A stretch of 64,000 nt of DNA from the human T2T-CHM13v2.0 reference genome, Homo sapiens, in assembly GCF_009914755.1 (NCBI RefSeq), contig NC_060940.1. The stretch is one strand, 5' to 3'. The notes below the pieces were generated by a model. That model saw only the letters and a list, made by a program, of their open reading frames with translations. It searched no databases and was not told the origin of the DNA. The translations under genes were made by a program, and so were the position numbers. Positions 56,335 to 64,000 of the stretch are shown here, piece by piece (positions within the stretch are counted from its first letter, which is position 1; every line of letters begins with the position of its first letter).

Positions 56335-56830
56335 TCCAGCATTTTCTTGTGAAGAAGTTCAAACATACAGTAAAGTTGAAATAATTTTGCAGTCAACACC
56401 CACACACCCACCACCTAAATTCCATTAACAGTGAACTACACTCACTTTGATCAAATCTCCATTCCTCCCTCCCTCCCTCTTTCCTTCCCTCCATCCATCT
56501 TATTTTTGGATCCATTTCAGAAAACAACTGTGGACGCAAGCATGATTCACTCTAAATGGTTTTAGCTCAATTTCATTAGCTAGAGTGCAATCGTTGTTTA
56601 CGTTTTAAGTGAAATTTCCATGCGGTGAAATGCACAAGTCTTAGATGTACGGTTCGCTGTTTTGGCAAATGTGAGCGCCCCTCGGCACCCTCCCTGATCA
56701 AGACATGGAACCCCAGGAAGTTCCCTCCCCACTCTTCCCAGCCATCCGTGTCCCTCCTGCACCCCTTGAGGCAACCATTGTCCTGACTGTTTCATCAAAA
56801 ATAGTTTTTTTAGTCCCAGAACTTCATATA
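56335..56830 (-). mobile_element. L1ME-like 3' fragments
   Basis: ttcaaacatacagtaaagttgaa, gtgaaatgcacaagtcttag and gaggcaaccattgtcctgact. Confidence 0.65.
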
Positions 56831-56960
56831 AGCCAGAGTCAGCATTGGAAACCGCCCATCGATAGCGCCACTGGGTGAGGCGTTTTTCAAGGGCTGGGTT
56901 TCAGAACCGATATGCCTTTCCTACTCCGTGGATCAGGGCGCTCCAGAGAATCAGAATCAT

Positions 56961-56962
<2 letters not shown>

Positions 56963-56997
<35 letters not shown>
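56963..56997. repeat. (CA)n microsatellite
   Basis: About 17 CA units. Confidence 0.95.
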
Positions 56998-56999
<2 letters not shown>

Positions 57000-57115
57000 T
57001 ACATATAAATGTATATAAAATATGTAAATATATAAAAATGTTATATCTAAATCCACCACATTGATAACAGATAGCATTATATCTGTAAAATCATTTCTAT
57101 ATGTGTGATTTTTAG

Positions 57116-57643
<528 letters not shown>

Positions 57644-58643
57644 TGACACCGACCACGTCCACCTGGCACCTGCACTGCAGTGTCCAGGCTGCTGCTTGAC
57701 CGCCACTGCCCCCAGCCCACTGAGCGACACATTAGATTTCCCTCCTGCACTGGACGCCTGCAAGTTGCCACCTCCTGCCCTGGCCCTGGTTAGGAATGTG
57801 GTAGGGAGGTTTCCAAGGTAGGGGGCAGGACCCAGAGACCCAGCCCCGGGGGAAGTCCTGATTCCAACTCAGGAGCCACTCCGCTGCGTTTCCTCATCTC
57901 TCTGGTCAAGGGGGCGCCCATCCCGGGCAGAGCTGCAAATGGGGGGTGGGTGTGGCCACCAAGCCCCCTCCCCTGGTTGCCGGAAGAGCAGCTGTTGTGT
58001 AACAGAGGGATTCTCTGCACCGCTCCCCAGGACGGACCGCTCCTTACAGCGATGATCTGATTAGGTTTTAATGAGAATAATGTTGGCTTCGAGGAAGGAA
58101 GAATCCAGCAGTGTTTTGATGTCAGCCAGGCGTCTTGAACACTGCCCCCCTCCAAACATTTGGAATCTGGCACGACCTGTCATGCAGTTTGGCGGGCGGG
58201 TCCCCCTCCACCCGCTTCGCGATGAACCCCATGGGCGTTTCCAGGGAGACGTGAGCCATGTGTCCCTTATTCATTTACACTTCGTTCATCAAAACACAGT
58301 TTTGTAAGAGCTAATTGGCACCGGGGTAGCCTTTCAAATCTTTTTTATAAGCCTCTTACCATCTCTCTAGTTTTGAGCCAAGAGTTAACAGAAGCTCAAC
58401 TTCAAAAGACTGAAGTTTGGTCTGAAACTCAGAGTGTGGGTGTCTGAGGGGTACTGAACTTGGCCGAACATTTTCTACTGATTTTAGGCTGAGCAGAGCC
58501 AGGCTGTTGGGAAAGATGCTGGAATCCAGGCAAAGTGAACTGGTTTTTTTCCCCACATATTTTCTAGGCTGACAACGGCCTTGAGCTGGGAATTCCGTGG
58601 CCTCCCTGTCACCTGCCCGCTGTGGGCCTGGGCTGGCTCATCA

Positions 58644-58725
58644 GTGATTGTGACCTTGTGTGGGGTCGCTCATGTGTGATTGTGACCTTGTGTGGGGTTG
58701 CTCGTGTGTGATTGTGACCTTGTGC
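58644..58725. repeat. 32-bp tandem repeat, ~2.5 copies
   Basis: gtgattgtgaccttgtgtgggg(tc/tt)gctc(a/g)tgt. Confidence 0.85.
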
Positions 58726-59008
58726 AGGTTCAAGAGGGGTCCAGGTAACTTCTTTCTTTTTAATAGTCCCTTTTCTCTTGCCAAAGAATGGGGCTTAGAT
58801 AAGTCATTTTGTCCCCATCTCCTCTCCAGAACAGTTTGTTTATCTGTCCATTCATCCACCGGCTTCTTTAATCATTTGTATTGCACACCTGCCGTTTGGC
58901 AAGCACTAGGACGAGGGCTGGGCTTTGAGGATTAGCAAACAGCACCGTGGCAGGCCTTCTGCAGAGCAAACTGGGAGCTGACAGCTAAGTAGAAAAATAA
59001 GACTCTGA

Positions 59009-59140
59009 GGCTGGGCTTTGTGGTGGCTGTGCCTGTAATCCCAGAGCTTTGGGAAGCCAAGGCGTGAGGATCGCTTGAGCCTAGGAGTTTGAGACCAGCC
59101 TGGACAACATAGTGAGACCCCCCCCCTCTACAAAAAATAA
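59009..59140 (+). mobile_element. FLAM or AluJ left monomer
   Basis: ggctggg...gaggatcgcttgagcctaggagtttgagaccagcctggacaacatagtgagaccc. Confidence 0.88.
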
Positions 59141-59444
59141 GAATTAGAATCTGAAAGGGCAGGAGGGGGGCCTCCTCGTGTGTGGTAGGGAGGACGCCAT
59201 CTGGAAGGATGTGGGGAGGAGGACAGGATGAACATTCACGTTGGGGGACAGAGTGTTAGGGTCCCTGGGACACCAGGGGACAGGCCGGAAGTGTGTGCAG
59301 CTGTGGGTGGGAGGGTCAGCTGTGAAGAGGGTGGGGTTGAGGACAGGGCCCAGCTCACGCATGACTGCCATGAGGCAGAGGGATGAGGTGACGTTGGTAC
59401 AGGAGGATGTACCTGTTGTTGCTGAAGTCAGGTTTGCTGGGATG

Positions 59445-60160
59445 TAATCTACGTCAGTAAAATCCACACTTTCAATTGCTGCTCTCTGAGTTTCCGCGAA
59501 TGTGTACAGTTGTGTGACCAACATGGAAACGGAGGTGCAGGATGTTCTGTCACTCCCCCAGACTCCCTTGTGCCCTGGGAGTCAGCCCTTCCCCTGCGCC
59601 AGCCCCTGGCAGCCCCCCTCTGATTTCTGTCCTGGAGATGATTTTGCCTGTTCCAGAACGTCATCGAGGTGGAGTTCTCCAGTACGCAACCTTTCACCTA
59701 CCAGAGTGCGTTTGGCGATCCAGGTTGCAGCCCATCTCCATCCTTCTTAGTCCTGAGCTGAGTCCGGGGCTTAGAGGCACCAGCTGCGGTGGTCCATCCA
59801 CCTGCCGAAGGACGTTTGGGCTGATTCCGGGTCTGCCAACTGGACACAGAGCTGCTGTGAGCCTTTGCGCCCAGGTCGGCCTTCGTGCTCACATTGGCCG
59901 TCTGCCCCTCCGTCCCAGCACCCAGCCAGTGCTCCAGGAATGTTTGTAAGGGCTTTGGCGTGTGCATGTTGAACAAACCCTTCTCCAGAGCGGCCATGCC
60001 ACGCTCCCACCAGCGGTGCATGAGGGTTCCTGTGGCCCCTCCGCCTCTGGCACACGTGGGCCCACCAGTCTCTCTGGGGTCGGCCCTGCCAGTGGGGTGC
60101 AGTGGCACCTGGCTGGGGTTTCGAGATGCATTTCCCTAGTGACTAGTGATGTTGCGTGCC
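59445..60160 (-). mobile_element. Old L1M 3' end, strongly GC-shifted
   Basis: cagtaaaatccacactttcaatt...ctcccaccagcggtgcatgagggttcc...tgcatttccctagtgactagtgatgttg. Confidence 0.75.
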
Positions 60161-60334
60161 TTACATGGACTTCAGCTGCTGTTTTTAGGATGCATTTATG
60201 GGGGGCATGGTGCAGAGAGCACAGGCTGGAGGAGGACAGAGCACCCGAGTCCCGCTTGTGGCTGCTGACTTACTGTGTGACTGTGGGTGAGTCACTTAAC
60301 CTCTCTCAGCCTCGCTTCCTATCACTGTGTTTCT

Positions 60335-61060
60335 TTTCCACCTTTATCTAAAGAGGTATATTCGACAAATGGAAATTGAATAGAGTTAAGGCATGTAATG
60401 TGAAGCTTTGATGTGCGTATACACTGCCGAATGATTACCACAATCCAGCTAATTGTCACATCCATCGCCCTACAGTGACCTTTGTGTGTGATGAGAATGC
60501 TTAGGACCTGCTCTTCTCAAATTTCACATACGCAATCGATTATTCTGAACTAGAGTCACCAGGCTGTGCACTAGATCCCCAGGACATATTCACTGTACAA
60601 CTGAAAGTTCTCACTCTTTGATGGACACCTCCCCATTCCCTCCCTGTTCCCAGCCCCAGCAACCACGGCTCTACTCTCTGCTTCAGTGAGTTCAACTTTT
60701 TTAGATGCCACATGTAAGTGAGATCGTGCAGTGTTTGTCTTTCTGCACCTGGCTCATTTCACTTGGCATGACGTCCTCCAGCCTCCTCCACGTCATCACA
60801 GATGACAGGACGGCCTTCTTTTTAAAGGCTGTAGCATGCTCCGTCATGTCTATACCACGCCCTGCTTGTCTGCTCGTCTGCCAAGCAGCCGTTGGGATGG
60901 TTCCTTTCTTGGCTGTTGTGAGCAGGGCCGACACGTCTCAATGTTGTACTGATTTCCTTTCCTTTGCATAGGTACCCGTTGATGGGGTTGCAGGATCATA
61001 TGGTGGTTTTACTTTTAATTTTTTGAGGAACCTGCATACTTTCCTCCCCGGAAGCTAACT
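60335..61060 (-). mobile_element. L1MA-like 3' end
   Basis: aatgattaccacaatccagctaatt...tttagatgccacatgtaagtgagatcgtgcagtgtttgtctttctg. Confidence 0.85.
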
Positions 61061-62069
61061 GACTTTCCCCCCAACCGCGAGCAAGTGTTGCCGCTCCACA
61101 CCCAGCACCAGGGGTAGCGGGGGACAGCAGACTTCCCCGGGCTGCCACGAAGGCCAGGGTCCAGGCACAGGAGGGGAAGTGCATCATAGTTAAACACTCA
61201 CCCTAGGAAAACCTCTAGGAGGTCAGCACTGTAGTAATACAAATGTCTTTTAAATATACATTTATCTAAATTTAAGAGAGAAGCTAATTTTAAAGAAATA
61301 CGTTAAATAAATAACAAGGTAGGCATTTAGCAAGGTAGGCATTTACCTAGGTAGGCATGATGGAGATTTGGCAAAAGTCATGAGGATGCACATGTGAGTG
61401 ATGTTTGGGAATCCCTGAAATAATGCAAAGGGCCTTGGCCTGTTCTAGCCCCAGCTCCACCCCAGGTAGTGGTGGCCCATCTGCCACCTGTTCCAGGAGC
61501 ATGTTGAGAATTCGAAGTGATCACTGTCCCAGGCACTTGCCTAGGAACACCTGGAGTTCTGTGGAGCATGTTTCAGAGATTGCACCCAGAAGCTCAGTGT
61601 AAGAACTTGCTCCTGATGGTGCCAGCCCAGGCCCAGCCTGCCCTGCTGTATCTCAGAAAGCTCCTGAAGCAGGAACCCTACCTTTCTGCCAGGATGACAC
61701 AAGCAAAGAATGTCAGGCTCACAATCTTGGCTTCAGATACACACACATAAAAATAATCACATTCTTAAGTCCTATGATCAGGTACTGTGTCTCCATGATC
61801 TCCAGTGAATAGTCCCAAATGTTAGCTTATGAAAAATGCACAGACTCTGTGGTTAAATACGGACATTGTAGAGAGTTTATAAATGGGTGGAAGACCCATC
61901 GCTGCGTTACCCTGGGGAGAAACGGTCTTTATCCTGATATCATGTCCTTCCTGCTGTGTGATGGAATGACAGTGACAGTAGAGGGTGATGTATTTGTTGG
62001 GGTTAGTCTTTAAAATGTGGGAATAAAAAATGATTTTGTTCAAAAAAACTCAAAATTTTACTGCTATTT

Positions 62070-64000
62070 GGACATCTGGTTCTGACTAATACGGGGTAAC
62101 AGGAATGGGGATTTACCCTCCTGCTGCTGTAAACTACTAGAAAACTGGATGAAGTGTTCAGAGCATCATGTTCAGACATTGGACAACAGATAGCTCAAGA
62201 CTGTGATCCCTGCGAGAAAGGACACAAGTGTCCCATGGAGGTGCCAGCTCACTGTAATGAGGGGAGAGGAGATCAAGGTGACCATCTCACTGAGTAGAGG
62301 AGATAGAAATGAGTTCAGGGAGGGCAAATAGCAAGAACCAGAGGGCAGAGTACTGGAGAGGAAAGCACTGCCCAAAGAGAGCGCCAGAGGTCTGCAGAGA
62401 GGGCCCCTGGGGTTTTGGCTAAGCGTTGATCTGTGTGTGCGTGTGAAGAAACTGCTGAAGGCTGGGGAAACACCCACCCGAAAGGAGCAGGCAGAACAAT
62501 ACTTGGAGCTCACACAGGGTGGGGGACGGTTTGTGTTCCCACCAGCCAGGATGGAAAGACTATATAATATGAAAATCCTCAGAAGAGTGTTGCCTGAGAA
62601 ATGGTGGTAAATTAGCCATAGCCTAAGGCTGTTTTGGACCCACCCTGACAACATTTAAAAGCAAGCCTCAGAAAGATCGAACTGATTCCAAATAACTTCA
62701 TTGCACATAAAGTCCAACGCTATTCAAAGGAGTACAACAAAAGCCAGAAATCAACAATGAATTTTCACGATGTCTGGCATTTGGTCAAAAATAAGAAGAT
62801 ATGCAAAAAATTAAGATCCATAATTGGAGGTGGGAGTGGGAATCAATCATAAGTGACAGATGATGGAATTCACAGACAAGGATGCTAAACAGCTATTAAA
62901 AATGTTTTCCATGTGTTCAAGAAGGAGGAAGAAAACATGGTCATGTAAGGAGAGAAATTAAGCATATAAAAGGTCACAAGCGAAACTTTTAGAGATAGAA
63001 ATTTAATACCTGAAATGAAAAATACACTGGATGGGATTCACAGAATAGAAGAAAAGATCATTGAGTCTGAAGCTAGAGAAACTATAGCTATAGCTATAGA
63101 AACTGTTCGAATCAAAGCAGAGAAAAAAGTCTTAAAAAACAAAAACAAAAACAGGACACTGGTGACCTGTGGGATAATATCAAAGCATCGTGTCTGTGTG
63201 TAACTGGAGATCTAGAAAGAGAAGAGAGGCAGGGACGGAAAAATGTTTTGAAGAAATAATGGCCAAACGTTTTTTGAATTTGTTGGAAAGTATAAACCCA
63301 CAGATCTAAGAAGCTTGATAAATCCCATGTAGAATAAATACCAAAAGAGCCACATCAAGGCATGTTATAAACAAATTTCTGAAAGCCAGTGATAAAGAGA
63401 AATCTTAGAAGCAGCCAGATAAGAAAAAACATATTATGTATAGAGGAAGAAAATATGAGAGACAGCAGATCTCTTGACAGAAACCATGCAAGCCAGAAGG
63501 CCATGGGAAGACATCTGTAATATGCTAAGGAGGCGGTTGGTGGGGAGAACCTGCCAAGAATGATTTTTTTAACTCAGTAAAAATATCATTCAAAATTGGA
63601 GATAATGACTATTTTATACAAATAAAAACTGATGGAATTCATTGTCAGCAAATCTGTTCTACAAGAAATGTTAAAGGCTTCCTTCAACATTTCTTTATTT
63701 TTCTTCTTTCAGCAGAAGAAAAATAATTCCAGATGGAAATTTAGAGTGACACAAATCAGTGAAGAGTAATTACAGAGATAAATGCAAAAGATAGATAAAC
63801 GCATTTTCCTCAATAATTCACTGTTTAAAACAATTTATTTTGGGGTTTATAGTATATGTGGAAGTAAAATCTATGACAATAATAGCACAAAGAATGAGGG
63901 TTGGGGGAATGGAAGTACACCACTCAGTGATTCCTACACTCTATGTGAAGTGGAACAATATCATTTGAAAGTAGACTGTGATAAGTCAAAATACATATTA
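62070..64000 (+). mobile_element. Old L1M 5' region and decayed ORF1
   Basis: ORF 63015-63203 MKNTLDGIHRIEEKIIESE resembles the L1 ORF1p coiled coil; downstream gaagaaataatggccaaa and gagaaatcttagaagcagccaga are ORF1 phrases. Confidence 0.8.

Noticed and set aside
63015-63203. L1 ORF1p-like ORF as a functional gene
   Set aside because: Short fragment of a decayed L1M; surrounding frame is broken.

Overview
Primate (human-like, AluY-containing) GC-rich genomic DNA with no supportable protein-coding gene. The window is a mosaic of about 19 Alus, many old L1M fragments, several MLT1 solo LTRs, MER5/MIR relics, a decayed hAT (Blackjack-like) transposase remnant and roughly 20 tandem repeats or short duplications. 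That repeat density, plus GC-shifted L1 copies, suggests a distal or subtelomeric chromosome band (inference). The long ORFs in the track are repeat artefacts. The most informative non-repeat signal is a small CpG island (~21.0-21.5 kb) with an ETS motif and splice donors on both strands. It fits a candidate 3-exon minus-strand lncRNA ending at an AATAAA near 18.19 kb, and possibly a divergent plus-strand transcript. Also notable are three poly(A)-less captured fragments inside old L1s (a 45-nt U5 snRNA 5' piece with TSD, an opposite-strand L1 ORF2 patch, and an Alu 5' stub with a TSD-like repeat), a ~179-bp dispersed duplication and an E-box minisatellite. I found no convincing novel multi-gene system. 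Repeat family calls rest on recalled consensus sequences, not on a database search.
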